Shown one piece after another: positions 41,618 through 51,688 of a stretch of DNA of 64,000 bases (positions within the stretch are counted from its first letter, which is position 1; every line of letters begins with the position of its first letter). Below the pieces are notes generated by a model. The model saw only the letters and a program-made list of their open reading frames with translations, did not search any database and was not told where the DNA came from. The translations under genes and the position numbers were made by a program. Source of the DNA: Gammaproteobacteria bacterium (GTDB lineage Bacteria > Pseudomonadota > Gammaproteobacteria > CAJXQU01); assembly GCA_965238175.1 (NCBI GenBank), contig CBDEGZ010000003.1, positions 1,440,001 through 1,504,000 of the forward strand, given 5' to 3'.

Positions 41618-42451
41618 GTGAAGTTAACCGCACAGGATTTTCGAGACTGGAATAATAAATCCATTACTTTTTTAGGAATGTCTGGTGTTGGTAAGACTCG
41701 TCTGTCAAATATCCTACGCCAGCGTAATTGGTTTCATTACTCTGGAGATTACCGTATAGGTACTCGCTATCTAGATGAACCAATTCTCGATAATATAAAA
41801 AAACAAGTAATGCAGATCCCCTTCCTGAGGGATATGTTGCGTTCGGATTCGATCCAGATTACTAACAATTTGACCGTTGATGATCTGAAACCGGTTTCAA
41901 CCTTTCTTGGTAAATTAGGTAATCCTGAGCTGGATGGGCTTGGACTTAGCGAATTTAAACGTCGACAAGCACTACATCATCAGGCGGAATTGGCCACGAT
42001 GCGCGATGTGCCAGAATTTATCGGTAAAGCACATGATATTTATGGTTATGAACATTTCATTAATGATGCGGGCGGTAGCCTCTGTGAATTGGATGATGAT
42101 GACACGATCGAATTGCTGGCAGAGCATACGCTGATTATCTATATTCAAGCGACTAAAGCTAACGAAAAAGAATTGATCCAGCGAGCAGAGATAGATCCAA
42201 AACCTTTGTACTATCGCGAAGAATTTCTTGATCAAGAATTGTCACTCTATATGGCAGAACGCGATCTTGAATACGTGGCATTAATTGATCCAGATGATTT
42301 TGTACGATGGGTATTCCCACGGCTTTTTTATGCACGGATCCCACGCTATGAAGCTATTGCAGATCAATATGGGTATACCGTCACGTCGGATGAACTATCG
42401 AAAGTCAGTAGCGAAAAAAAATTTTTAAAACTGATCGAAGGAAAGTTATAA
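41618..42451 (+). CDS. Uncharacterised P-loop kinase/ATPase immediately upstream of metA
   Basis: Walker A GMSGVGKT, DYRIGTRY, INDAGGS; ends 2 bp before metA. Confidence 0.8.
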   Translation: MKLTAQDFRDWNNKSITFLGMSGVGKTRLSNILRQRNWFHYSGDYRIGTRYLDEPILDNIKKQVMQIPFLRDMLRSDSIQITNNLTVDDLKPVSTFLGKLGNPELDGLGLSEFKRRQALHHQAELATMRDVPEFIGKAHDIYGYEHFINDAGGSLCELDDDDTIELLAEHTLIIYIQATKANEKELIQRAEIDPKPLYYREEFLDQELSLYMAERDLEYVALIDPDDFVRWVFPRLFYARIPRYEAIADQYGYTVTSDELSKVSSEKKFLKLIEGKL

Positions 42452-42453
42452 CA

Positions 42454-43518
42454 ATGCCACTGGTCGCGAATACAGGCTTACCTGCTTTTGAACGTTTGAA
42501 ACAAGACGGCGAGACTATTTTGTCGGGAGATTTTGCACTCGAACAGGAAATTCGTGAATTACATATTGGCCTATTAAACATAATGCCAGACAAGGCGTTA
42601 CAAGCGACAGAGCGTCAGTTTTTTCGTCTGATTGGTGAAAGTAACCAGATTGCCCAGTTTTACGTACACCCTTTTACCTTGGATGCATTACAGCGAAGCC
42701 CAGAAGCAAAAGCACATATTGATGCCTATTATTCAACTTTTGATCAAGTTAAAGAACAGGGTCTGGACGCTTTGATCATCACCGGTGCAAATGTGGTTAA
42801 AGACAATTTGATCGATGAAGAATTTTGGAAACCATTGGGTGAAGTTGTCGAGTGGGCTTATGAAAATGTCACTTCTACACTTTGTTCTTGTCTGGCAACA
42901 CATGCCGTATTGCAATTCCAATATGATCAGAAACGAACACGTTTACCAGAAGGAAAGCGTTGGGGTGTTTATCCACATTGGGTCACCGATCAAAAACATC
43001 CTCTTGTAGCCGGTGTCAATACTCGTTTTGATGTCCCACATTCTCGGTTTAATCAAATTGAACGGCATCAGTTCCTGGGTGCAGGTTTAAGAGTGTTGGC
43101 AGAAAGTGTTGCTGGCGTCCATTTGGCGGTTAGTCCAGATGGCTTCCGGCAGGTGTTTTTTCAGGGACATCCTGAATACGATGCGGTTAGCTTGATAAAA
43201 GAATATAAGCGAGAAGTGGGATGTTTTGTTCGATCTGAAAGAGATGATTATCCACCTTTTCCAGAACATTATTTTACTTTACGAGATCAAGCAATATTAG
43301 CTGAGCATCAAGAAGCGATTTTGATCGCACATGATTTAGGAACCAAAGCACCTGAATTTCCTGAAGAAATTATCATACCAAATCTAGATAATACTTGGCA
43401 CGATACTGCCGAAGCGGTGATCAATAACTGGATCGGAAAGGTTTACCAAATAACCAATAGTGATCGACGCTTACCTTTTATGGAAGGTGTTGATCCGAAT
43501 AATCCTTTATCAATTTAA
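42454..43518 (+). CDS. metA: Homoserine O-succinyl/acetyltransferase MetA
   Basis: IGLLNIMPD, TERQF.RL, LIITGA, CLA, PHSR, QGHPEYD. Confidence 0.93.
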   Translation: MPLVANTGLPAFERLKQDGETILSGDFALEQEIRELHIGLLNIMPDKALQATERQFFRLIGESNQIAQFYVHPFTLDALQRSPEAKAHIDAYYSTFDQVKEQGLDALIITGANVVKDNLIDEEFWKPLGEVVEWAYENVTSTLCSCLATHAVLQFQYDQKRTRLPEGKRWGVYPHWVTDQKHPLVAGVNTRFDVPHSRFNQIERHQFLGAGLRVLAESVAGVHLAVSPDGFRQVFFQGHPEYDAVSLIKEYKREVGCFVRSERDDYPPFPEHYFTLRDQAILAEHQEAILIAHDLGTKAPEFPEEIIIPNLDNTWHDTAEAVINNWIGKVYQITNSDRRLPFMEGVDPNNPLSI

Positions 43519-43621
43519 TTTTTAAGCTCACTTTATCAAAGAGTTTGACAGCGCAGTGCTGCAACGGTAACTTTCCTAGGATTACTCCCACGATAAATAT
43601 AACAGAGACAGTTACAGCGAA

Positions 43622-44800
43622 TTGAAAACAGATTTTGACAGGATAGAACGTTTGCCGCCTTACGTGTTTAATACCGTAGGCGAACTCAAGATGGCAGCGC
43701 GTCATCGTGGCGAAGATATTGTGGATTTCGGGATGGGCAATCCTGATCAGCCTACGCCACAACATATCGTCGATAAGCTGATTGAGGTTTCACAGCGGAA
43801 TGACACACATCGTTATTCGGTTTCAAGGGGAATACCACGTTTACGTCGTGCGATTTGTAATTGGTACAAAACGCGCTACGACGTGGAGCTAGATCCGGAA
43901 TCTGAAGCAATAGTCACTATCGGCTCTAAAGAAGGGCTTGCTCATCTTGCCATGGCGGTGATGGACAAAGGTGATACGGTACTTGTCCCTAACCCGGCTT
44001 ATCCAATACACCCGTTTGGATTTGTGATCGCCGGCGCAGATGTTCGACATGTACCCACTGGGCCAGATGTTTGTTTTTTTGAGGAATTAGAAAAGGCCAT
44101 CGTCAATGCCTGGCCAAAACCTAAAATGTTGCTGCTCAACTTTCCGGGAAACCCAACAACAGAGTGTGTTGAGTTGGAATTTTTCGAGAAAGTGATTGAG
44201 ATCGCGAAAGAGCATCAAATTTGGGTAGTTCAGGATTTGGCCTACGCAGATATTGTTTTTGATGGCTATACTGCACCCTCTATTTTACAAGTGCCTGGGG
44301 CAAAAGATATTGCTGTTGAATTTTTCTCAATGTCTAAGAGCTATAATATGCCCGGTTGGCGTGTGGGTTTTATGGTCGGTAATCCGACATTAGTGAATGC
44401 ATTAGCACGAATGAAATCTTATCTGGATTATGGGATGTTTACACCGATTCAGGTGGCAGCGATTGCAGCATTGGAAGGTTCTCAACAGTGTGTTACTGAT
44501 ATAAGAAATATGTACTGGCGACGTCGTGACGTGCTTTGTAGTGGTCTCAATGAAGCAGGATGGCAAGTTGAGTCACCAAAAGCTACGATGTTTGCTTGGG
44601 CGCCAATACCAGAACAATATAAAAATTTAAAATCACTGGAATTTACTAAGTTATTGATCGAAAAAGCCAAAGTGGCAGTTTCTCCAGGTGTTGGTTTTGG
44701 TGCTTATGGAGATGATCATGTTCGGTTTGCCTTGATAGAGAATGAACAGAGAACAAAACAAGCGATACGTGGCATTAAAGATATGTTGAATAAGGGGTAA
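43622..44800 (+). CDS. alaC: PLP-dependent alanine aminotransferase (AlaC-like)
   Basis: [38 protein letters not shown]. Confidence 0.9.
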   Translation: MKTDFDRIERLPPYVFNTVGELKMAARHRGEDIVDFGMGNPDQPTPQHIVDKLIEVSQRNDTHRYSVSRGIPRLRRAICNWYKTRYDVELDPESEAIVTIGSKEGLAHLAMAVMDKGDTVLVPNPAYPIHPFGFVIAGADVRHVPTGPDVCFFEELEKAIVNAWPKPKMLLLNFPGNPTTECVELEFFEKVIEIAKEHQIWVVQDLAYADIVFDGYTAPSILQVPGAKDIAVEFFSMSKSYNMPGWRVGFMVGNPTLVNALARMKSYLDYGMFTPIQVAAIAALEGSQQCVTDIRNMYWRRRDVLCSGLNEAGWQVESPKATMFAWAPIPEQYKNLKSLEFTKLLIEKAKVAVSPGVGFGAYGDDHVRFALIENEQRTKQAIRGIKDMLNKG

Positions 44801-44807
44801 GGTTTTA

Positions 44808-46118
44808 ATGGAACCAGTTAAAGTTGGGTTATTGGGTTTGGGTACCGTTGGTGGCGGTGTGGTTAACGTTTTATACCGAAATGTCTCAGAAATTGCACGT
44901 CGTGCCGGTCGAGAAATCAAAGTCACACATGCGGTAGCAAAAGCATATGACAAAAATAGTCTTTCAGGCTTGGATAAAATTGAAATCTCAACCGATCCAG
45001 AAGCGTTAGTCTCAAATCCAGAGGTCGATATTATTGTTGAGCTTTTTGGAGGTACGGACTATTCACGAACCCTGGCTTTGCTGGCGATCGAAAATGGCAA
45101 GCATGTCGTCACCGCAAATAAAGCATTGATTGCAACCCATGGTAATGAAATTTTTGCCGCTGCACAGAAGCAAGGCGTTATGGTTGCATTTGAAGCCGCT
45201 GTTGCCGGTGGTATCCCAATCATAAAAACAATGCGTGAAGGCTTAGCCGCAAATCGTATCGAATGGCTGGCCGGAATTATTAATGGAACCGGTAATTTCA
45301 TCCTTACGGAAATGCGTGATAAAGGGCGTGATTTTGCGGATGTGTTAAAAGAAGCACAGGCACTAGGTTACGCAGAAGCTGATCCAGCCTTTGATATTGA
45401 TGGTACGGATGCTGCTCACAAGTTAACAATACTAGCCTCGATCGCTTTCGGCATTCCTTTGCAATATGATAAGGTTTACAAAGAGGGTATAGATAAAATC
45501 ACCCGTGAAGATGTCTTCTATGCCGAACAATTTGGCTATCGGATCAAACATTTAGGTATTGCTAAAGATACAGAATACGGTATTGAATTACGCGTGCATC
45601 CAACGTTGATCCCTGAGCGACGTTTGATCGCGAATGTCAATGGTGTGATGAATGCAGTTTTAGTCAAAGGGGACGCTATAGGATCAACGTTACAATATGG
45701 TGCCGGAGCCGGATCTGATCCAACGGCATCGGCTGTCGTTGCTGATCTTGTCGATGTTGTTCGCGTTATGTCATCGGATCCTGAAAGTCGTGTTCCACAC
45801 CTTGCTTTCCAAGCCGATGCATTATCAGAAACATCGATTGCAGAGATGGGTGATATTGAAACCGCCTATTATTTGCGTATGAACGCGCTAGAACGGCCAG
45901 GCGTTTTAGCTGAAGTGACGAATATTCTTGGTGAACGAGGTATCAGTATTGAAGCGATCAGGCAACAAGATGCGAAAGAGGGTGCGAGTGGTGTTCCAAT
46001 TGTTTTTCTGACCCATGCTGTTAAAGAACAAGCGATGAATGACGCGATCGAGACTATAGAAGCATTAGACTCAATTGATGGAACTGTTACCAGGATCCGT
46101 GTGGAACATCTTGGATAA
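44808..46118 (+). CDS. hom: Homoserine dehydrogenase with ACT domain
   Basis: GLGTVGGG, VVTANKA, EAAVAGGIP, GIINGT.N, GYAEADP..D..G.DAAHK. Confidence 0.97.
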   Translation: MEPVKVGLLGLGTVGGGVVNVLYRNVSEIARRAGREIKVTHAVAKAYDKNSLSGLDKIEISTDPEALVSNPEVDIIVELFGGTDYSRTLALLAIENGKHVVTANKALIATHGNEIFAAAQKQGVMVAFEAAVAGGIPIIKTMREGLAANRIEWLAGIINGTGNFILTEMRDKGRDFADVLKEAQALGYAEADPAFDIDGTDAAHKLTILASIAFGIPLQYDKVYKEGIDKITREDVFYAEQFGYRIKHLGIAKDTEYGIELRVHPTLIPERRLIANVNGVMNAVLVKGDAIGSTLQYGAGAGSDPTASAVVADLVDVVRVMSSDPESRVPHLAFQADALSETSIAEMGDIETAYYLRMNALERPGVLAEVTNILGERGISIEAIRQQDAKEGASGVPIVFLTHAVKEQAMNDAIETIEALDSIDGTVTRIRVEHLG

Positions 46119-46135
46119 GGTTTATAAACAAACCC

Positions 46136-47608
46136 ATGAAATTTATTGAATCAAGAGGGAATGATGGAGATCACCCTGAAGAAGTCACATTTTCTGAGGC
46201 AATCCTCTCACCAATGTGCTCTTTTGGGGGCATTTATGTACCAGAATCCTTACCTGAGCTAGGAAGTGTTTTTTTAGCAACACATTTAGATTCCAGCTAT
46301 AAAGATCTGGCCCGGGACATATTAAGTACCTGCAAAATAGATATTGATCAATCAGTGATAGAGGATGCACTTAGTCTTTATGAACAATTTGATAATCCGG
46401 ATGAACCTGCACCATTAGTAAAAGTTGTAGACGATCTTTATGTCAGTGAGCTATATCACGGCCCGACCAGAGCCTTTAAAGATATGGCATTACAGCCTTT
46501 CGGTGCGATTCTGTCTGCCTTAGCAGAACAACGTGATCAAAAGTATTTGATCCTCGCGGCAACCAGTGGCGATACAGGACCGGCTGCTTTAAATACCTTC
46601 AAGAACCGTAAAAATGTTCAAGTGGTTTGTTTGTATCCCGAGGGAGGCACTTCGGATGTACAACGGCTACAAATGGTGACTGAAGATGCTCCAAATCTGA
46701 AAGTTATTGGTATTCACGGCAATTTTGATGATGCACAAACGGCACTAAAATTCTTACTCAGCTCCAAGAATTTTAATAAAAGACTGCGACAAAAAAACAT
46801 CGCCTTGTCGGCGGCAAACTCGGTTAACTTTGGCAGAATCATTTTTCAAATCATTTACCACGTTCATAGCTATCTTGAATTAGTTCGTCAGAAGGCGATT
46901 AGTTTGGGTGAAAAAGTTTACCTAAACATTCCAAGCGGTAATTTTGGTAACGCATTGGGAGGCTACTATGCGATGAAAATGGGATTGCCGATTGAGAAGA
47001 TAGTGATTGCTTCTAACAGCAACAATATTCTGACACGGTTAATCAGCACTGGACAATACGATATGCGCGATGCATCTGTTGTCCCAACGACTTCACCGGC
47101 CATGGATATTCTTAAATCTTCTAATGTTGAACGTGTTTTGCAGGATCTTTATGGTGCCGAGCGTACTAAAGACTTAATGCAGCAATTGGATCAGAAAAAG
47201 TACTATCAGCTTACTGATACTGAATTGTATCAATTACAACAAATTTTTAGTGCGGATTTTTGTTCTGATCAGGAAGGTAAAGAATATATCCAAAAAGCCT
47301 TCAAAAATAACTATCTTATGGATCCACACACTGCAACCTGTTTCAAAGCCTATGAAACACGTAGTGAGAAGCCGCTTAAGACGATTGTTTATTCTACTGC
47401 CGAATGGACTAAGTTTTCACCCACTATTGCTGAAGCCTTGACTGGAGAAAAGGCTAAAGAAGATTTGGAGGCACTTCATTTGATATCTAAAAAGGCGAAA
47501 ATAGATATCCCATTAGTTGTGATCGAATTATTTAACAAGGAAATTACTCAAAACACGGTGATCAATAAGACGGATATAGAATCGGAAATTTTAGATTTTA
47601 TTCAGTAG
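46136..47608 (+). CDS. thrC: Threonine synthase
   Basis: ELYHGPTRAFKD, ATSGDTG, SAANSVNFGR, PSGNFGN, SPAMDI..SSN.ER, DPHTA. Confidence 0.95.
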   Translation: MKFIESRGNDGDHPEEVTFSEAILSPMCSFGGIYVPESLPELGSVFLATHLDSSYKDLARDILSTCKIDIDQSVIEDALSLYEQFDNPDEPAPLVKVVDDLYVSELYHGPTRAFKDMALQPFGAILSALAEQRDQKYLILAATSGDTGPAALNTFKNRKNVQVVCLYPEGGTSDVQRLQMVTEDAPNLKVIGIHGNFDDAQTALKFLLSSKNFNKRLRQKNIALSAANSVNFGRIIFQIIYHVHSYLELVRQKAISLGEKVYLNIPSGNFGNALGGYYAMKMGLPIEKIVIASNSNNILTRLISTGQYDMRDASVVPTTSPAMDILKSSNVERVLQDLYGAERTKDLMQQLDQKKYYQLTDTELYQLQQIFSADFCSDQEGKEYIQKAFKNNYLMDPHTATCFKAYETRSEKPLKTIVYSTAEWTKFSPTIAEALTGEKAKEDLEALHLISKKAKIDIPLVVIELFNKEITQNTVINKTDIESEILDFIQ

Positions 47609-47714
47609 CTTATAAAAATATGATTATTAAATTATTAAATAGTCTTTTTCTTCAGGAACACCGTTTAATCAATGTAACGCAAATGTAACTTTCAGTGTCA
47701 ATAGTGTGACAAGG

Positions 47715-47743
47715 TTGACATTAAGTAAGACGTTCTGTATAAA
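47715..47743 (+). promoter_or_regulatory. sigma70-type promoter of the STAS-sctV operon
   Basis: TTGACA-N17-TATAAA. Confidence 0.7.
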
Positions 47744-47779
47744 TTGTTGGCGTTGATAACGTATTTTATCCACAGTGGA

Positions 47780-48282
47780 TTACAAGGATTGTAAACACAT
47801 TTTCAAGGAGGAAATGATTGTGATAGACGTATCAGTTAGAGATTGTCCTCATGGCTCAATTCTTGTGTTAGCCGGTGAGTTAAATGCAGTGACTTCGAAT
47901 GACTTATTTAAAGAAGTTATCAAACAAGCACCTAAAACCCCTGCGCATATGTTTTTTGATTTTTCCCAGCTTCGGGTTGTTACGGCTGCAGGTTTACGTA
48001 CCTTATATAAAATTTTCCAAATGACACATACAGATTGTAAGTTAATCTTTTGTGCCACTCATAATACTGCTGGCTTAATGCTCTCTAAAGTCGGCTTTCC
48101 AAATCTGGTTACATTTCACGAAAGTTTATCTATCGCACAATCGGAGATCGAAATTAGTGATTGGAGTCAGAAAGAGTTAGAAATATCATGACTTAAGTAA
48201 AATTGGTGTTAAGAGTACGACCTCAAGGAAGAGGAAAACTCATAGCAAATTAATAGTAATTGAAATTTATCACGGATTGATA
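47780..48282 (+). promoter_or_regulatory. Four GGA-loop hairpins (CsrA/RsmA-type sites) in the STAS and sctV leaders
   Basis: TTACA-AGGAT-TGTAA (47780-47794), TTTC-AAGGAG-GAAA (47801-47814), CCTC-AAGGAA-GAGG (48221-48234), TATCA-CGGAT-TGATA (48268-48282). Confidence 0.65.
47814..48191 (+). CDS. Stand-alone STAS domain protein
   Basis: L.GEL...TS..L, FDFSQL..VTAAGLR.L, L...GF..L. SD AAGGAGG favours a start at 47814 or 47820. Confidence 0.8.
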   Translation: MIVIDVSVRDCPHGSILVLAGELNAVTSNDLFKEVIKQAPKTPAHMFFDFSQLRVVTAAGLRTLYKIFQMTHTDCKLIFCATHNTAGLMLSKVGFPNLVTFHESLSIAQSEIEISDWSQKELEIS

Positions 48283-48283
48283 C

Positions 48284-50353
48284 ATGAATATAAAAAAACT
48301 CACAGGTGTACTGGCGCTTAGAAGCGACTTGCTTTTTGCGCTAGCTTTGATCTCGATTGTCTTTATGATGATCTTGCCGATACCGACGTATATCGTTGAT
48401 ATCGTCATTGGATTAAACTTAGCCACCGCTGTTGTTCTACTAATGGTTGGGGTTTATGTATCAACACCAAGTGCATTTTCAGCTTTTCCCACGATTCTAT
48501 TAATTACTACCTTATTTAGACTTTCACTATCGGTTACAACAACTCGGTTGATCTTAATAGATGCTGATGCCGGAGACATTATTTATGCTTTCGGAGACTT
48601 TGTTGTTGGCGGTAGCATGATAGTGGGTTTAGTTATCTTCCTGATCATTACCATTGTGAGTTTTGTGGTTGTGACAAAAGGTTCAGAACGAATTGCAGAA
48701 GTCAGCGCACGTTTCTCTTTGGATGGAATGCCAGGAAAACAAATGAGTATCGACAGCGATATGCGTGCTGGTTTGATTACTATAGCGAAAGCCAAAGAGC
48801 GCCGCACTGAATTAGAACAAGAAAATCGTTTGTATGGTGCAATGGATGGCGCGATGAAATTTGTCAAAGGTGATGCCATTGCAGGTTTGATCATTATTTT
48901 CGTCAATATTATTGGTGGTCTTTCTGTTGGTATTTTCCAACATGGGCTAGAAGCCTCTGAAGCTTTAGAAATCTATTCTATCTTAACTATTGGAGATGGA
49001 CTTGTTTCACAAATTCCTGCCTTAATAATCGCAGTAACTGCGGGCCTTATTGTAACGCGTGTTACATCAGAGGAAGGTAATAGTCTTGGTGAAGATATTG
49101 GTGGACAAATTAGCGCCTATCCACAAGCTATATTGATAGGCGCAGCATTATTATTTTGTTTTGCCTGGATACCTGGATTTCCAACAATAACGTTTATTTG
49201 CTTATCTGTGCTGTTAGGATTTATGGGGTTAAGAATACAGAATCGATTTACGTCAGAATCTGGAAACACCCTTGATCATGAAGAGCCTATGACACTGCAA
49301 GGAAATGGTGCTGCAACGCCTAAAGAAACTAGTTCAGAAAAAGCTTGGGCAAACACACCAATCATTCTGGAAATATCGTCATCGTTAAAAGGAATGATCA
49401 ATATTCCAAATCTGGATAGTGAAATCGCGCAGGTTAGACAAAACTTACAATCTGAAATTGGGATTGCATATCCAGGCGTTCATTTGCGTTTTAATACTGA
49501 TTTGGATGATGACCATTATTCAATTTCACTTTACGATGTTCCAGTCGTAGTCACTAGTCTTAGAACAGATGCGTTGTTAACAACCACAGATCCTGTGTTG
49601 TTGAAACAAGAAGGAGTTTCTTATTTACCTGAAACTTACGTATTGCCAGGAATGAAGGGGCATTGGGTATTAAAAGAAGATCTTGAGAATCGTACTGAAC
49701 TTAGTATCAATTTGATCTTGATTGAGCAGATTATTTCAAATCAACTTCGTTATGAATTACAGCGTAGCGCTGCCCAATTTATTGGTATCCAAGAAACATA
49801 TCATATGCTTGCACAAGTTGAGCCTGTATATGGTGAGTTAATAAAAGAAGTGTTCAGATACCTGTCAGTTAGTAAAATTGCAGATGTCTTCCGACGTTTG
49901 GTTAATGAAAATGTCTCGATTTCAAATCTCCGAATAATTCTGGAGTCATTGGCTGAGTGGGGACCACAAATTGAAGATATGGAAATTCTGACAGAGAATG
50001 TTCGCATCGATCTTAAAAATCAGATCAGTCATCAATATTCAAAGAATAAGGTGCTTCCCGTTTATCTGTTGGATCCGGAGACTGAAGAAAAATTACGTAA
50101 TAGTATTCGACAGACACCTGAAGGTGTGGGGCTTGCACTTGAGGTTGATGAGTCGAAGACTTTTCTTGGCGCAATTGCGGATTTAATCAATGGTTCAGAT
50201 CGACAGGAAGGTGCCGCTTTAATTACCACTTTAGATTTGCGTTGCCATATTCGAAAATTGACTAAGCTAGAATTTCATGATCTTCCCATTTTGTCATTTC
50301 AGGAACTGACACCACAGGTGAATGTTCAGCCACTCGGAAAAATCAGTTTTTAG
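48284..50353 (+). CDS. sctV: T3SS export gate SctV (LcrD/YscV family)
   Basis: FPT.LL.TTLFRL.L, KGSERIAEVSARFSLDGMPGKQMSIDSD, GAMDGAMKFVKGDA, IGDGLVSQIP. Confidence 0.95.
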   Translation: MNIKKLTGVLALRSDLLFALALISIVFMMILPIPTYIVDIVIGLNLATAVVLLMVGVYVSTPSAFSAFPTILLITTLFRLSLSVTTTRLILIDADAGDIIYAFGDFVVGGSMIVGLVIFLIITIVSFVVVTKGSERIAEVSARFSLDGMPGKQMSIDSDMRAGLITIAKAKERRTELEQENRLYGAMDGAMKFVKGDAIAGLIIIFVNIIGGLSVGIFQHGLEASEALEIYSILTIGDGLVSQIPALIIAVTAGLIVTRVTSEEGNSLGEDIGGQISAYPQAILIGAALLFCFAWIPGFPTITFICLSVLLGFMGLRIQNRFTSESGNTLDHEEPMTLQGNGAATPKETSSEKAWANTPIILEISSSLKGMINIPNLDSEIAQVRQNLQSEIGIAYPGVHLRFNTDLDDDHYSISLYDVPVVVTSLRTDALLTTTDPVLLKQEGVSYLPETYVLPGMKGHWVLKEDLENRTELSINLILIEQIISNQLRYELQRSAAQFIGIQETYHMLAQVEPVYGELIKEVFRYLSVSKIADVFRRLVNENVSISNLRIILESLAEWGPQIEDMEILTENVRIDLKNQISHQYSKNKVLPVYLLDPETEEKLRNSIRQTPEGVGLALEVDESKTFLGAIADLINGSDRQEGAALITTLDLRCHIRKLTKLEFHDLPILSFQELTPQVNVQPLGKISF

Positions 50354-50359
50354 GTGATG

Positions 50360-51688
50360 ATTATGAATCAGTTTAATTACATTACGAAATCTCTGAATCA
50401 AGCCTCGAACCAGTATCAGCCATACCGGCCGAAGGGGAGAGTGATACAGGTTTCTGGAACAGTGATCAAAGCGATCATTCCACAAACTGGAATGGGTGAC
50501 ATCTGTTTGTTGCGTAATCCAGGTGATCCAAAAGGGCTTCGTGCTGAAGTGGTAGGTTTTGAAAATGAAATTGCTTTGTTGATGCCATTGGATGATGTCA
50601 ATGGGGTTTCATCAAGTACGGAAGTAATAACGAGTGGTCTAAACGATACCATTGGTGTTGGTATGGAACTAAAAGGTCGTATTCTAGATGCATTTGGAAA
50701 GCCAATAGATGAGGAAACCAATGGACCATTGAATACTCGAGAACGTTATCCAATTAATGCATCTCCTCCAAATCCTTTGACACGAGCTTCAATCAATAAG
50801 CCAATTGATTTGGGAGTAAAAGTCATCGATGGTTTTTTAGCTTGTGGTGAAGGACAACGAATGGGGATTTTTGCAGCGGCAGGCGTTGGTAAAAGTGTAC
50901 TCCTTGAAATGATGGTTAGAAATGCCAACGTCGATATGGTTGTGGTAGCACTTATTGGCGAGCGTGGACGTGAGGTTCGAGAATTTATCGAAGAGAACAT
51001 AAAAAATGGAGGTATGGAAAATACAATAATGGTCGTTGCCACTGCTGATCGTCCTCCATTGGAACGTGTTAAGGCCGCCCATTCTGCAACTGCTATCGCC
51101 GAATATTATCGTGATCAGGGTCAGCGTGTTTTGTTATTAATGGATTCGGTAACACGCTATGCAAGAGCACAGCGTGAAATTGGACTGGCTGCAGGCGAAA
51201 CACCGACAAGACGTGGTTATCCATCTTCTGTTTTTGCAAAACTGCCTAAGTTATTCGAACGAGCAGGAAATTCGTCTTCAGGATCTATTACTGCACTTTA
51301 TACAGTACTTGTTGAAGCTGATGATATGAATGAGCCTGTCGCTGATGAGGTTCGTTCTTTACTTGACGGACACATCGTTTTATCTCGAGAACTTGCCGCG
51401 AAAAATCACTACCCAGCCGTTGATGTATTAGCGAGCTTGAGTCGTTGTATGCAAAGAATTGCTGATGAAGATCATCTTTACGCTGCTGGTAAAGTCAGGC
51501 GCCTTTTGTCAAAGTTGGATGAAATAAAATTACTATTGAGAGTCGGTGAATACAAAGAAGGAACTGATCAGGAAGCGGATGAAGCAATAAGAAAGAAAGA
51601 GTTAATAGAAGCGTTTTTACAACAAGGAAGAAATGAAAATTTCACATTTGAATCTATGCTGGAACAATTAATGGAGTTAGCATCATGA
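50360..51688 (+). CDS. sctN: T3SS ATPase SctN
   Basis: [56 protein letters not shown]...HYPA.DV..S.SR. Confidence 0.95.
   Translation: MMNQFNYITKSLNQASNQYQPYRPKGRVIQVSGTVIKAIIPQTGMGDICLLRNPGDPKGLRAEVVGFENEIALLMPLDDVNGVSSSTEVITSGLNDTIGVGMELKGRILDAFGKPIDEETNGPLNTRERYPINASPPNPLTRASINKPIDLGVKVIDGFLACGEGQRMGIFAAAGVGKSVLLEMMVRNANVDMVVVALIGERGREVREFIEENIKNGGMENTIMVVATADRPPLERVKAAHSATAIAEYYRDQGQRVLLLMDSVTRYARAQREIGLAAGETPTRRGYPSSVFAKLPKLFERAGNSSSGSITALYTVLVEADDMNEPVADEVRSLLDGHIVLSRELAAKNHYPAVDVLASLSRCMQRIADEDHLYAAGKVRRLLSKLDEIKLLLRVGEYKEGTDQEADEAIRKKELIEAFLQQGRNENFTFESMLEQLMELAS

Noticed and set aside
41532-41618. SAM or other riboswitch upstream of the ATPase-metA genes
   Set aside because: The spacer is short and shows no recognisable aptamer or terminator.
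47766-47774. DnaA box TTATCCACA, possible origin
   Set aside because: It is an isolated match; another lies inside metA (42969). There is no box cluster or origin gene context.
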